A DNA stretch of 37,255 bases from Bacteroidales bacterium (GCA_035389045.1 DAOORA010000042.1:1-37255), one strand, 5' to 3'; numbered from the stretch's first letter, positions 19,513 through 29,604 are shown. The notes: generated by a model not told the origin, from the sequence alone. Numbers and translations: made by a program.

Positions 19513-21000
19513 TCAAAGTTTTATACTTTTCCATTCGTTTTTTTTCTTGTCCGTTTTTTTACACAAAAGTCTGACCATCCGGTTTTTGACATCAATGATC
19601 CCTCCCCAGCTGAATAAAAATTTTATTCGTTTTTTGACGTAATTCCAAATCACTTTTTTTGATTCAAGTAAATGATAAACAGAAGGAACCAATTCAAGAG
19701 GGATATAAAGAGGAATTTTCTTGTTCAGAATAAAATATCTGAAAGCATCGTGGCACAACTGGATCTGCTCTTTTGAAAACTCAGGAAAACTAATCGTTGC
19801 TTCCACTCTTTCCTGATAATACTGTTTATCAGGCATCCAGTTGTTTTTCCTGCAAATATCACCCAGTTCAGTGCCGGGATAGGGATGAAAAATGGAAATT
19901 TCAGCCACTCCTGATGCCTGCCGGCTCAGGCGCACCGTATCAAAGAACAATTCTTTATTCTCATAGGGCAGCCCCACCATAACAAAAAAATCATCACAAA
20001 TAACATCATATTTGTCACACAATCTGAATGTATCCACAATCTGCTTATTTGTCATATTTCTTTTCAGAATTTTTTTTCTAAATTCCTCGTTACCATGTTC
20101 AATCCCGACCAGAATTCTTGATACACCCGACTCTTTTAATACTTTCATCATAGCTTCATCAACAGTACCGACCCTGATATTGCATTTAAAAGGGATATCG
20201 ATTTTTTCCCTGTACAATGCGAAGAATTCATAAAACCAGGTCTTGTTCAACGTGATGCAGTCATCATCAAAAATAATATAGCTGAATTTATATTTTTCAG
20301 AGGCTACTTCGATTTCTTTTATGGCTTTCGCCGGGCTGCGCAACCTGAAATATCTTTTTGAATTGGTACTTATTTCTGATAATGCTTTATTGGAACAATA
20401 GGTACACTCAAAAGGGCACCCCCGGCTGAAAATAAACCTCATTGAATTCCCGTTATTTATAATCTCTCTCTGCAGATTCAGTGCGTCAATATCGGGAAAC
20501 GGCAGAACATCCAGATTTTCAATAAGAGGCCTGGTTTCATTTCTAATGACTCTGTCGGCGGCATGAAACCAGCAGTTTTTAATATTGAAATAATCCTGTT
20601 TATGATCCAATGCCTGCACCAATTCCAGCAATGGATATTCCCCTTCTCCTCTGATGACACAGTTAACACCATCAATTTCAAGTATACTTTCCGGGTCTAA
20701 GGTAGGATGAACCCCGCCGCAAACAATAAAACTCCCGGCAGTTTCCTTATCGCTATTGATCTCATTGATCAATGATTTAAGATAATTGACCTGGGATGTT
20801 GTAATTGAAAAAGCTATGATGTCCGGTTTGTCCTTTTTAAGACCGGAAATAAATTCCATCCAGTCGTAATGATGCCTGATCAGGGTATGAACCGGCTGAT
20901 AGCCCGACTGTTTGAGAACAGCGGAAATATATGCCAATCCGTAACTATAACTAAAACCCTGGTTGGTATTATATACCATGTAAACAAGATTGATTTTCAT
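19513..21000 (-). CDS. B12-binding radical SAM protein
   Basis: YGLAYISAVLK, CGGVHPT, IRGEGE, SRGCPFECTYCSN, FDDD; start set at MKINLV (21000). Confidence 0.88.
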   Translation of the reverse strand: MKINLVYMVYNTNQGFSYSYGLAYISAVLKQSGYQPVHTLIRHHYDWMEFISGLKKDKPDIIAFSITTSQVNYLKSLINEINSDKETAGSFIVCGGVHPTLDPESILEIDGVNCVIRGEGEYPLLELVQALDHKQDYFNIKNCWFHAADRVIRNETRPLIENLDVLPFPDIDALNLQREIINNGNSMRFIFSRGCPFECTYCSNKALSEISTNSKRYFRLRSPAKAIKEIEVASEKYKFSYIIFDDDCITLNKTWFYEFFALYREKIDIPFKCNIRVGTVDEAMMKVLKESGVSRILVGIEHGNEEFRKKILKRNMTNKQIVDTFRLCDKYDVICDDFFVMVGLPYENKELFFDTVRLSRQASGVAEISIFHPYPGTELGDICRKNNWMPDKQYYQERVEATISFPEFSKEQIQLCHDAFRYFILNKKIPLYIPLELVPSVYHLLESKKVIWNYVKKRIKFLFSWGGIIDVKNRMVRLLCKKTDKKKNEWKSIKL

Positions 21001-21164
21001 GTATTGATGATTTCTTGATGACAAATTTAAAAAATTAACACATCTGCTGATTTCTTTAATGATCAGCATTAGAATTTTTATATAAATGCAATAACTGAAT
21101 TATTTTTTTAGTGATGTAATAAAAAATGCTATTTTCACGCTAATTTTTATGAAAAAAAATTCTT

Positions 21165-22433
21165 ATGAAAAAACTTATAATTCTTTTACTGGTGTTTTCC
21201 TGTGCTCAGTTGCAGGCCGCCTTCGACGATTACTTTGAAAACAAAACCCTCCGTATTGATTATTATCATACGGGCAATAACGAGATCGACATGTATTCCA
21301 TCGACGAACTCTTACAGGAGCCATACTGGGGTGGCTCCAGGGTAAATCTTCTGGATATTTTTGATTATGGGAAATATAAATTTCTGGCTTACGATGCCGA
21401 AAGCAACCAGTTGATTTATTCTTACACCTACAATACACTTTTTTCAGAATGGCAAACCACCAATGAAGCCAAAACAACCTATAAGTCTTTTTCAGAAACA
21501 GTGACCATGCCATTCCCCAAAAAGCCAATACGTTGCGAGTTTTATTCACGCAATAAAAAAGGTGTATTTGAAAAGAAATTCGATTATGCCATCGATCCAA
21601 AAAATTATTTTATCATCAAAAATCAACGTATGGTATTTCCCAAGGTGGACGTATTAAACTCGGGAGACCCTGCTGTAAAGGTTGATATCGTTGTGATTCC
21701 CGAGGGCTACACGGCCGGGGAAATGGACAAATTTATCAAGGACGCCAACAAATTTGCAGAATACCTGTTCAATGCCCGGCCCTACAAGCAAAACAAAAAC
21801 AAATTCAATATATGGGCTATCAAAGCGCCCTCCAAAGAGTCAGGCACTGATATCCCCGGTGAAGGTGTATGGAAAAACACGCTGGTGGGATCAAGTTTTT
21901 ACACGTTTGATACCGAAAGATACCTGATGACATCCGATAATAAAGATCTGCGGGATGTAGCTTCAAATGCGCCTTACGACCAGATATACATAATTGCCAA
22001 CACAAGCAAATACGGCGGAGGCGCCATATATAACCATTATGCCTTCAGTGTGAACAGCAATCCATATTCTGAGTATATTTTCACCCATGAATTCGGACAT
22101 TCATTTGCTGGACTGGGAGACGAATATTACGATTCGGAAACCTCATATAATGATTTTTATCCCCTCGATGTAGAACCCCCGGATCCCAACCTCACGACAC
22201 TGGTAAACTTTGATGCTAAATGGAAAAATCTTATTGACAAAGACACCCCTGTCCCTACACCCAACGACACAAAATATAAAAATAAAGTTGGGGTATTTGA
22301 AGGCGGGGGGTATGTCTCTAAAGGGGTCTATCGCCCTGCATACGATTGCACGATGAAATCCATCTCCGTGGATAATTTCTGCCGTGTCTGTACTTTGGCA
22401 ATTGAAAAAATGATCGATTTTTACTCAAAATAA
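21165..22433 (+). CDS. Peptidase M64 family (IgA peptidase-like) secreted metallopeptidase
   Basis: Signal peptide; TLRIDYYHTG N-domain; VDIVVIPEGYT; HEFGHSFAGLGDEY; CTMKS...FCRVC. Confidence 0.9.
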   Translation: MKKLIILLLVFSCAQLQAAFDDYFENKTLRIDYYHTGNNEIDMYSIDELLQEPYWGGSRVNLLDIFDYGKYKFLAYDAESNQLIYSYTYNTLFSEWQTTNEAKTTYKSFSETVTMPFPKKPIRCEFYSRNKKGVFEKKFDYAIDPKNYFIIKNQRMVFPKVDVLNSGDPAVKVDIVVIPEGYTAGEMDKFIKDANKFAEYLFNARPYKQNKNKFNIWAIKAPSKESGTDIPGEGVWKNTLVGSSFYTFDTERYLMTSDNKDLRDVASNAPYDQIYIIANTSKYGGGAIYNHYAFSVNSNPYSEYIFTHEFGHSFAGLGDEYYDSETSYNDFYPLDVEPPDPNLTTLVNFDAKWKNLIDKDTPVPTPNDTKYKNKVGVFEGGGYVSKGVYRPAYDCTMKSISVDNFCRVCTLAIEKMIDFYSK

Positions 22434-22469
22434 TCATAACGCAAAAAATCTAAAAGAAAGGAGACCATT

Positions 22470-23378
22470 ATGCCGGTTACGAAATTAGAACAGATGTTCG
22501 ACCTGTTAAAAAGTAAAGAAAAAAAACGCCTTGTGGCTGCTTACGCCAACGACTCCCATACCATTGGGGCTCTAAATCAGGCTGTTGATATGGGCTTAGT
22601 TGATGCAACTCTTGTAGGTGATTATGATACCATTGCCAGAGTATGCACCGAAATGAACATCAACATTGAAAAATTCAAAATCGTTCAGGAATCTGATGAA
22701 ATAAAAGCAGCAGAAAAAGCTGTCGAACTGATCAATGCAGGAGAAGGAAACATTTTGATGAAAGGCCTGGTCAGTTCTGATAAATATATGAGGGCCATTT
22801 TGAACAAGGAAAAAGGATTGATGGCAAATCCCAACGCCATATTAAGCCATGTTACCGTGATTGAAAACCCCAGGTACCCCAGGCTGATCATCGTGGCCGA
22901 TGTCGCTATTATCCCGCTTCCCGACCTGAAACAAAAAATTGCAATGGCCAATTACCTTATACAAACCGCACATGCGCTGGGTATCGAAAAGCCCAAATTA
23001 GCCATACTGGCAGCCACAGAACAGATGTCGCCGGGAATGCCTGCATGTGTGGATGCAGCTATTATCGCAAAAATGGCCGACAGGGGACAAATCAAAGGTG
23101 CTGTCGTTGACGGGCCGTTGGCTCTGGATGTCTGTGTCGACAAAGAAAGCTGCGAAATAAAAAAACTCAGCAGTCCGATACAAGGCGATGCTGATGCTAT
23201 ACTTTTTCCAAACATCGAAGCCGGCAATGTGTTCTTCAAAACAAATACCAAACTGGCAGGCGGTGAACTGGGCGCTGTGGTTTTTGGCGCCAAGGTGCCT
23301 GCAGTGCTTACTTCGAGAGGCGACAGTGAAAAAACAAAATTATATTCCATTGCGCTGGCTGCCTGCCTGGCGAAATAA
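22470..23378 (+). CDS. ptb: Phosphate butyryltransferase
   Basis: LMKGLV, LSHV, DGPLALD, PNIEAGNVFFK, LTSRGDS; close to buk. Confidence 0.88.
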   Translation: MPVTKLEQMFDLLKSKEKKRLVAAYANDSHTIGALNQAVDMGLVDATLVGDYDTIARVCTEMNINIEKFKIVQESDEIKAAEKAVELINAGEGNILMKGLVSSDKYMRAILNKEKGLMANPNAILSHVTVIENPRYPRLIIVADVAIIPLPDLKQKIAMANYLIQTAHALGIEKPKLAILAATEQMSPGMPACVDAAIIAKMADRGQIKGAVVDGPLALDVCVDKESCEIKKLSSPIQGDADAILFPNIEAGNVFFKTNTKLAGGELGAVVFGAKVPAVLTSRGDSEKTKLYSIALAACLAK

Positions 23379-23452
23379 GCAGACTGTGGATTTTTTGGGG
23401 GAACGGCAGGCAAAACAGGATAGGTATTGTTTTGCAGCGATTTCCTTATGGC

Positions 23453-23490
23453 ATTTACGGTAATTCAAAAAAGAATTACCGTAAATTTTA
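23453..23490 (+). terminator. Perfect 14-bp inverted repeat, likely terminator after ptb (or an operator)
   Basis: ATTTACGGTAATTC-aaaaaa-GAATTACCGTAAAT followed by T-rich sequence. Confidence 0.6.
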
Positions 23491-23550
23491 ATATTTACTA
23501 ATTTTTTATTATTTTTACAATAATTTTTAAACCAAAAAAACAGCATTATT

Positions 23551-23880
23551 ATGGAAAATGATGAACTGAAAAAAGAAACGCCCCAGGAAGAACCCAAAAA
23601 AGAAGAAAGCTTCTGGGAAAAAATCAAAGACAAAGCAGAAGACGCCTGGGAAGCAGCAAAAGAAAAAGCTGATGAGATAAGCGACAAAGCGGAGGATGCG
23701 CTTGAAAAAGCTGAAGAAAAAGCGGAACAGATTTGGGACAAAACAAAAGAAAAGGCAGAAGATATTTATGAAAAAGCAAAAGATAAAGTTGAAGATATTG
23801 CCGAAGATATAAGCGGCAAAAAAGACCAGCCGGACGAACCTCCTAAAACATCCGGAGAAGAAACAAAGCCCGAAGCATAA
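23551..23880 (+). CDS. Highly charged hydrophilic protein with 11-residue repeats (LEA-like)
   Basis: WEKIKDKAEDA/WEAAKEKADEI/LEKAEEKAEQI/WDKTKEKAEDI/YEKAKDKVEDI. Confidence 0.75.
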   Translation: MENDELKKETPQEEPKKEESFWEKIKDKAEDAWEAAKEKADEISDKAEDALEKAEEKAEQIWDKTKEKAEDIYEKAKDKVEDIAEDISGKKDQPDEPPKTSGEETKPEA

Positions 23881-24140
23881 CCGTAACTGCTTACCCCCCC
23901 TGATATCTCATTACTGCTCAAGTATACCTGAGTAGGTAGTGGTATGTATTTTCTTACAATAATGAAAGTTATAAGTAATATGGTCGAAAAAAGATAGCTT
24001 CATTTGCAAAAAATGAAGACCGGGCGGCAAATGCCCCAAGATATGCAGATGCCTAATTATCAAGCCTTTTTTTAAAAATAATTTATCTTTTATTTTACAA
24101 AAATGTTTTGTTACTTTGTCACTTAACAAATAACGAAACA

Positions 24141-25217
24141 ATGGAAAAACGCAATATTCTCGTAATAAACCCTGGTTCAACATCAACCAAAATTGCTGTA
24201 TTCAAATCCAACGAGCTCATTTTTACAAAAAACATCAAACATCCCACCGAGGAAATCGAAAGATTTGAAAGGATTTCCGATCAGTACGAATACAGGAAAA
24301 ACATCATTGTTAATGAACTGGAGGCGGAAAATAATTGCCTTGGTTCCATTGAGATCATCATTGGACGCGGAGGACTGGTAAAACCAATTCCTTCGGGTGT
24401 TTATGAAGTTAACGAAGCCTTAAAAGAGGATCTGAGAAAAGGTGTTCAGGGGCAACATGCAAGCAACCTGGGCGGCCTGATAGCCGATGACCTGGCCAGG
24501 ATGATACCGGGCGCCAAAGCTTACATCGCCGATCCGGTGGTGGTGGATGAACTGGAAGACGTTGCCCGAATCAGCGGGCATCCTGAATTTAAACGCGTAT
24601 CTATCTTTCATGCTTTGAATCAAAAAGCCATAGGTCGCATGCATGCAAGGGCCATCGGAAAAAAATATGAAGAACTGAATCTGATCATAGTGCATCTGGG
24701 CGGAGGAATAAGCGTGGGTGCGCACAAAAAAGGTAAAGTTATCGATGTCAACCAGACGCTCGACGGCGAAGGTCCCTTTTCTCCGGAACGCAGCGGCACC
24801 CTGCCGGCAGGTGATCTTGTCCGATTGTGTTTCAGCGGAAAATATACCCAAAAGGAAATTTTGAAAATGATCACCGGAAAAGGCGGCTTTGTTGCCTATC
24901 TTGGCACTAACAGCGCCTATGAAGTAGAACAAAGAGTCAATGCCGGCGACGAAAAAGCCATCTTCATCCAGAAAGCCATGGCATACCAGATCGCTAAAGA
25001 AATCGGAGCCATGTCGGTAGTTCTCGGCAGCGATGTCGATTCTGTGGTGATAACAGGAGGAATGGCATATGATAAAACATTCGTAAACCTTATCAAAGAA
25101 AAAGTCTGCAAAATATCCTCTGTCGATGTTTATCCCGGTGAAGACGAAATGAGGGCACTTGCCATGAACGGCCTGATGTTGCTGAATGGGGAAATTACTG
25201 CCATGGAATATAAATAA
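24141..25217 (+). CDS. buk: Butyrate kinase
   Basis: ILVINPGSTSTK, GRGGL, HASNLG, FHALNQKA, HLGGGISVGAH, PGEDEM; start ATG 24141. Confidence 0.95.
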   Translation: MEKRNILVINPGSTSTKIAVFKSNELIFTKNIKHPTEEIERFERISDQYEYRKNIIVNELEAENNCLGSIEIIIGRGGLVKPIPSGVYEVNEALKEDLRKGVQGQHASNLGGLIADDLARMIPGAKAYIADPVVVDELEDVARISGHPEFKRVSIFHALNQKAIGRMHARAIGKKYEELNLIIVHLGGGISVGAHKKGKVIDVNQTLDGEGPFSPERSGTLPAGDLVRLCFSGKYTQKEILKMITGKGGFVAYLGTNSAYEVEQRVNAGDEKAIFIQKAMAYQIAKEIGAMSVVLGSDVDSVVITGGMAYDKTFVNLIKEKVCKISSVDVYPGEDEMRALAMNGLMLLNGEITAMEYK

Positions 25218-25381
25218 TTTATCATCAAAGCAGCCCCCCGCGATCCAACTACTCTTTTTTCAAATCGTTCGATTAAAATCTTTCGTTTTTTATTGATTTT
25301 CTTTGGTTTATTTTGTATATTTACCAAAGTATTTTAAAGATTTATCGTCTTATATTATAGTTTAAATCAATACGAAACATT

Positions 25382-26581
25382 ATGAAAAAACGAATTATTC
25401 TTCTGCCGGTTTTTACAGCCGTATTTTTAATGGTTTTTGTAACCTGTAAGAAAGACACTCCCGACCCTCCTGATACCAATATTAAAACAGGATACGTGAC
25501 AGGAAAAGTACTGGCACAAAATGGCACCACGCCCATACCCAATGCCACAGTTTTTGTTGATTTTGACGGTGAAATATATATAACTGAATCTTCATCACAG
25601 GGTCTTTTCACTTTACAGGCGCCAGTTGGAGACCAGATTTTAAATATTCAGACCGGCGGAGGCAACATTTTCAGGGCACAGTACCCGGTTACCATCACCG
25701 AAAACGGAACAACCAATGTGCCTTCCGGAACTCTGAAACTTCTGCAGGCAGACAGTCTTGCTTATATACATGGGTTGTATGATAACATTCAGAATATCAT
25801 CATTGACTCCCTTGGATACTCGGCTCAGATGATCACCGTTGCCGATCTGAACAACCTGGCATTACTGGAAACCTACGGCGCTATTTTTCTCAACTGCGGA
25901 AAACAGGGTCTGTTAGACTCATTAAAGTACCAGAACCTTTTGACTTTTGTTCAGAACGGCGGAAGCATTTATGCCTCCGACTGGGCGGTGGAATACCTCA
26001 CCGGGGATGGTAATTTCAAGAGTTCCGGCCACTCACATGAACCCTACGGCATAAAAGCAAACTGCCCTGTTGGTTTATCGGGAGGTTTTATTGCCGACAG
26101 TACACTGTGTACATCCAAAACCGGCCCGAGCACCATGGTCATTGATGCCGAAATAGTTGCCCAGGACCTTATTGATTTTCTTGGAATATCTACTATCGAC
26201 ATTGAGTATGATCTGGGCGCATGGGAAGTAATACAGCTTATTGATGCCCCCTGGGAAGTACTGATCCGTGATAATACAACCTTCGGGCCGCTTGCTGCCC
26301 GGTATTATATGCCTCCAACCTCAAAATCACTGAAAAGCATGCTCGAACAAAACTGGGTGACCATTTGCCACATCCCTCCCGGAAATCCCTCTAATGCACA
26401 TACAATCACCATTTCTGTCAATGCACTGGCAACTCATCTTGCTCATGGTGATTATATCGGCTCATGCGAAACCATGGGATATGGTGGAGTCATTTACTAT
26501 ACTACCTTCCATAACGAGATACAACACAATATCAGTACTGATGTTCAGAATATTCTACAATATTTTATTTTTAATATGTAA
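25382..26581 (+). CDS. Lipoprotein: carboxypeptidase-regulatory-like beta domain plus class I GATase-like domain containing an inserted Cys/His mini-domain
   Basis: Lipobox VFVTC-KKD; VTGKVLAQNGTTPIPNATV; YGAIFLNCG...FVQNGGSIYASDWA; YTTFHNE. Confidence 0.7.
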   Translation: MKKRIILLPVFTAVFLMVFVTCKKDTPDPPDTNIKTGYVTGKVLAQNGTTPIPNATVFVDFDGEIYITESSSQGLFTLQAPVGDQILNIQTGGGNIFRAQYPVTITENGTTNVPSGTLKLLQADSLAYIHGLYDNIQNIIIDSLGYSAQMITVADLNNLALLETYGAIFLNCGKQGLLDSLKYQNLLTFVQNGGSIYASDWAVEYLTGDGNFKSSGHSHEPYGIKANCPVGLSGGFIADSTLCTSKTGPSTMVIDAEIVAQDLIDFLGISTIDIEYDLGAWEVIQLIDAPWEVLIRDNTTFGPLAARYYMPPTSKSLKSMLEQNWVTICHIPPGNPSNAHTITISVNALATHLAHGDYIGSCETMGYGGVIYYTTFHNEIQHNISTDVQNILQYFIFNM

Positions 26582-26597
26582 CCAAAAACTTTATAAA

Positions 26598-27338
26598 ATG
26601 AAAACAAAAATCCACCTTCTGTTCCTATTACTTGCTGCATCAATGATGATGTTCAGCTCATGTAAAAAAGATAACCATGAATTGGAAATCATTCCTGCAG
26701 GACCTCCTTACGGACCTGTTACCCCTTCATCTATGGCAGGCCTGGGTTCACACCCGGGATATCCTACCGGTACCCAATATACGCTGCCCAGCAATATCAT
26801 TATTATAGGAGACATCCGGGGCGGACTGGAAAACAAGGGCTATGATATTGACAAAAACAAATACGACGGACCATTTCCTTATATCCAGCACAACAAAGCG
26901 TGGATCGACTATGGAACTGGGACATTTGTCAATTTATATATTAAATTCTTCAATGCACTTCCTACGCCATCTACCGTTGTGATCCCCGGAGGACTGATAT
27001 TTGTCGATTCAGCGGATATTAATGAACATGTGGGCGTGTATCAGAAAGGATATATCCTTCAGTCGGACACCATTCCGGTTCCTGCACTTGATACGGCTTT
27101 TGCCTGCATCAGGGCATATTGCCTGAATGCCTCCCTGCTTCCCAGCAGCTATGACGCCGTATATTATATCGGCCCCATCACCAACAACCCGCAGCTGAAC
27201 CAGATCACGACCATTATGGCGCCCAAGCAATATCCTTTCGGTGAAGAATATGATATCCAGCATATAATCTGGAATGTCACCGACCATGGATTAACACTGA
27301 CGGCAGCAGAAATACAATATCTGAATTCTCTGCCCTGA
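26598..27338 (+). CDS. Hypothetical lipoprotein with thioester-domain-like motifs
   Basis: Start ATG 26598 gives signal peptide and lipobox MFSSC-KKD; C-terminal AYCLN...IQHIIWNVTD. Confidence 0.75.
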   Translation: MKTKIHLLFLLLAASMMMFSSCKKDNHELEIIPAGPPYGPVTPSSMAGLGSHPGYPTGTQYTLPSNIIIIGDIRGGLENKGYDIDKNKYDGPFPYIQHNKAWIDYGTGTFVNLYIKFFNALPTPSTVVIPGGLIFVDSADINEHVGVYQKGYILQSDTIPVPALDTAFACIRAYCLNASLLPSSYDAVYYIGPITNNPQLNQITTIMAPKQYPFGEEYDIQHIIWNVTDHGLTLTAAEIQYLNSLP

Positions 27339-27355
27339 CAATTTTTTTTCTCAGG

Positions 27356-27387
27356 AAAACCGGCCCTAAAACAGCCGGTTTTTTTTT
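27356..27387 (+). terminator. Rho-independent terminator
   Basis: AAAACCGGC-loop-GCCGGTTTT followed by a T run, just after the lipoprotein pair. Confidence 0.8.
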
Positions 27388-27422
27388 GAACATTCCGTTT
27401 TAATATCTTTCCCGAAAATAAA

Positions 27423-27430
27423 TAACTTTG
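27423..27430 (+). promoter_or_regulatory. -7 promoter box for thyA-folA
   Basis: TAACTTTG matches TAnnTTTG. Confidence 0.55.
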
Positions 27431-27453
27431 CTTTTTCTAATCTGAACAAATCA

Positions 27454-28248
27454 ATGGAACAATACCTCGGACTACTTGATCATGTTTTACATAACGGCAC
27501 GCCGAAATCAGACCGCACCGGAACCGGAACCATCAGTGTTTTTGGTTACCAGATGCGCTTCGACCTCGGAAAAGGATTTCCGCTACTCACCACGAAAAAA
27601 TTACACCTGCGTTCAATTATTTACGAGTTGCTGTGGTTTCTGCAGGGCAGCACTAATATCAAATATCTCACGGATAATAATGTTTCCATATGGAACGAAT
27701 GGGCTGACGAAAACGGCGACCTGGGACCCGTATACGGCAAGCAATGGCGCTCATGGCAGACCAGCAGCGGACATCATATCGATCAGATATCACAGTTGAT
27801 TAACCTGATAAAAACGAATCCCGATTCCCGCAGGCTTATTGTCAGCGCATGGAATGTAGGTGAATTAGAAAAAATGGCGCTCCCGCCCTGCCATGTGCTG
27901 TTTCAGTTTTATGTGGCGGGAGGCAAACTCTCCTGCCAGTTGTACCAGCGCAGCGCCGACATTTTTATCGGAGTTCCGTTTAATATTGCATCTTACGCAT
28001 TGCTTACCCTGATGATCGCCCAGGTCTGCGACCTGCAACCCGGAGATTTCATCCATACATTCGGCGATGCTCACCTGTATAATAACCACCTCGAGCAAAC
28101 CCGCCTGCAGCTTAGTAGACAACCCCGTCAATTACCGGTCATGAGCATTAATCCTGATGTAAAAGAAATTCTCAGTTTTCAGTTTCAGGATTTCGAACTC
28201 CGGGGATATGATCCTTATCCGCATATTAAAGCCGAAGTTTCTGTATAA
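27454..28248 (+). CDS. thyA: Thymidylate synthase
   Basis: [40 protein letters not shown]. Confidence 0.97.
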   Translation: MEQYLGLLDHVLHNGTPKSDRTGTGTISVFGYQMRFDLGKGFPLLTTKKLHLRSIIYELLWFLQGSTNIKYLTDNNVSIWNEWADENGDLGPVYGKQWRSWQTSSGHHIDQISQLINLIKTNPDSRRLIVSAWNVGELEKMALPPCHVLFQFYVAGGKLSCQLYQRSADIFIGVPFNIASYALLTLMIAQVCDLQPGDFIHTFGDAHLYNNHLEQTRLQLSRQPRQLPVMSINPDVKEILSFQFQDFELRGYDPYPHIKAEVSV

Positions 28249-28258
28249 CCTGAAAGAC

Positions 28259-28765
28259 ATGACACAAACTAAAAAAATATCGATCATCGTTGCCATTGCA
28301 GAAGATTATGGAATAGGGAAAGACAACCAGCTCCTCTGGCATATTTCCGAAGATCTGAAACGTTTTAAAAAAATCACTTCGGGTCATACCGTGGTTATGG
28401 GTAAAAACACTTACCTCTCCTTGCCGGTAAAGCCTTTGCCAAAAAGGAAAAACATCATAATAACGAATGTCCCGGAAGAGCAATTCCATGGTTGCGAAAC
28501 CGTTTATTCCATCGAAGAAGCCATGGAAAAAATGGATGACGATGCCGAGAATTTCGTTATGGGTGGCGCAAGTATTTACAGGCAGTTTTTCGGATTAGCA
28601 CAGAAACTTTATATCACCAGGGTGCATACAGTTCATGACGCTGACACTTTTTTCCCGGAGGTATTGCCGGATGTTTGGGAACTTGTTGAAGCCAGTGACG
28701 AGCACGTCGATCCGGACAATGGTCTGCATTATGAATTTCTGACTTATGCAAGAAAAGTAAAATGA
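28259..28765 (+). CDS. folA: Dihydrofolate reductase
   Basis: IIVAIAEDYGIGKDNQLLWHISEDLKRFK, VMGKNT, GGASIY, DTFFP; start ATG 28259. Confidence 0.94.
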   Translation: MTQTKKISIIVAIAEDYGIGKDNQLLWHISEDLKRFKKITSGHTVVMGKNTYLSLPVKPLPKRKNIIITNVPEEQFHGCETVYSIEEAMEKMDDDAENFVMGGASIYRQFFGLAQKLYITRVHTVHDADTFFPEVLPDVWELVEASDEHVDPDNGLHYEFLTYARKVK

Positions 28766-29604
28766 AAAGAACATTCTTCAGAATTTTAGTAATATGCCTG
28801 TGCCTTGTTCCTTGTCTGTCATGCAATAAAAACCGGACGGACGAGCATCAGACCCAAATACTGCAAGCCGGGATTTCAAATCTTTACGAAACGGTTTCCA
28901 ATGATGTTTTTAAGATTTTTTTATACAGTGTGCTTGCCATGAACGACAGTTTGTTCCACCCCGGAGATGCAGCAAATTTCAGGCTCCCTGACCCATGTAT
29001 TGCTTTTAATCTGAATTCTACCGATACGACGACGTGGCCTAAAACGCTGCAAATCATATTTCCGGCCGGAAACTGTCAGGGCTACGACGGGATTAACAGG
29101 ACCGGCCGTATGATCATCGAAATGCCCGCAGCCTCCTTCCCGCTCCACTCAAAATTCACGATCAATTTTGACAATTACTCCGTTGGAGGCGCACTGATAA
29201 GCGGTTACAAGAAAATATATATGACAGGCATTGACGGTTACTCCTTTACCGATAGCAGTTTCCTGCAGATCAACACCACAGAAGCTTTAACAGATTGGTC
29301 TGCCGTGCACCATTTGCAATGGGTTCTCGGAAACTCCTCGCATACAGATATTGCTGACGACCTGTTCATCTATAATGGCACAGCATTATGTTCAACGCCT
29401 CCGACCAGCAGTTCATATGATTTGGGGTTCAAAATAAATATTATTGAAGCGCTGCAATTTGCGAACTATTGCTTCTGGATTGGCAGCGGAAAAACTGAAA
29501 TAATCGCGGCAGACCTGCCCATCAGTACCGTTACGTATTCGGATAGTTGCATCAATCAGGCGACCATAACCATTGATAATGAATTTCAAAACATCAGTTT
29601 TTAG
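28762..29604 (+). CDS. Hypothetical beta-rich lipoprotein
   Basis: Lipobox CLSC; WPKTLQIIF...C.GYDGINRTGRMII pattern; 4-bp overlap with folA. Confidence 0.7.
   Translation: MKRTFFRILVICLCLVPCLSCNKNRTDEHQTQILQAGISNLYETVSNDVFKIFLYSVLAMNDSLFHPGDAANFRLPDPCIAFNLNSTDTTTWPKTLQIIFPAGNCQGYDGINRTGRMIIEMPAASFPLHSKFTINFDNYSVGGALISGYKKIYMTGIDGYSFTDSSFLQINTTEALTDWSAVHHLQWVLGNSSHTDIADDLFIYNGTALCSTPPTSSSYDLGFKINIIEALQFANYCFWIGSGKTEIIAADLPISTVTYSDSCINQATITIDNEFQNISF

Noticed and set aside
23340..23741. Ser/Ala/Phe-rich minus-strand ORF
   Set aside because: Antisense of the Lys/Glu-rich LEA-like gene
26394..26597. N-terminal extension of the 314-aa ORF overlapping the upstream lipoprotein
   Set aside because: ATG 26598 gives a clean signal peptide and lipobox without overlap
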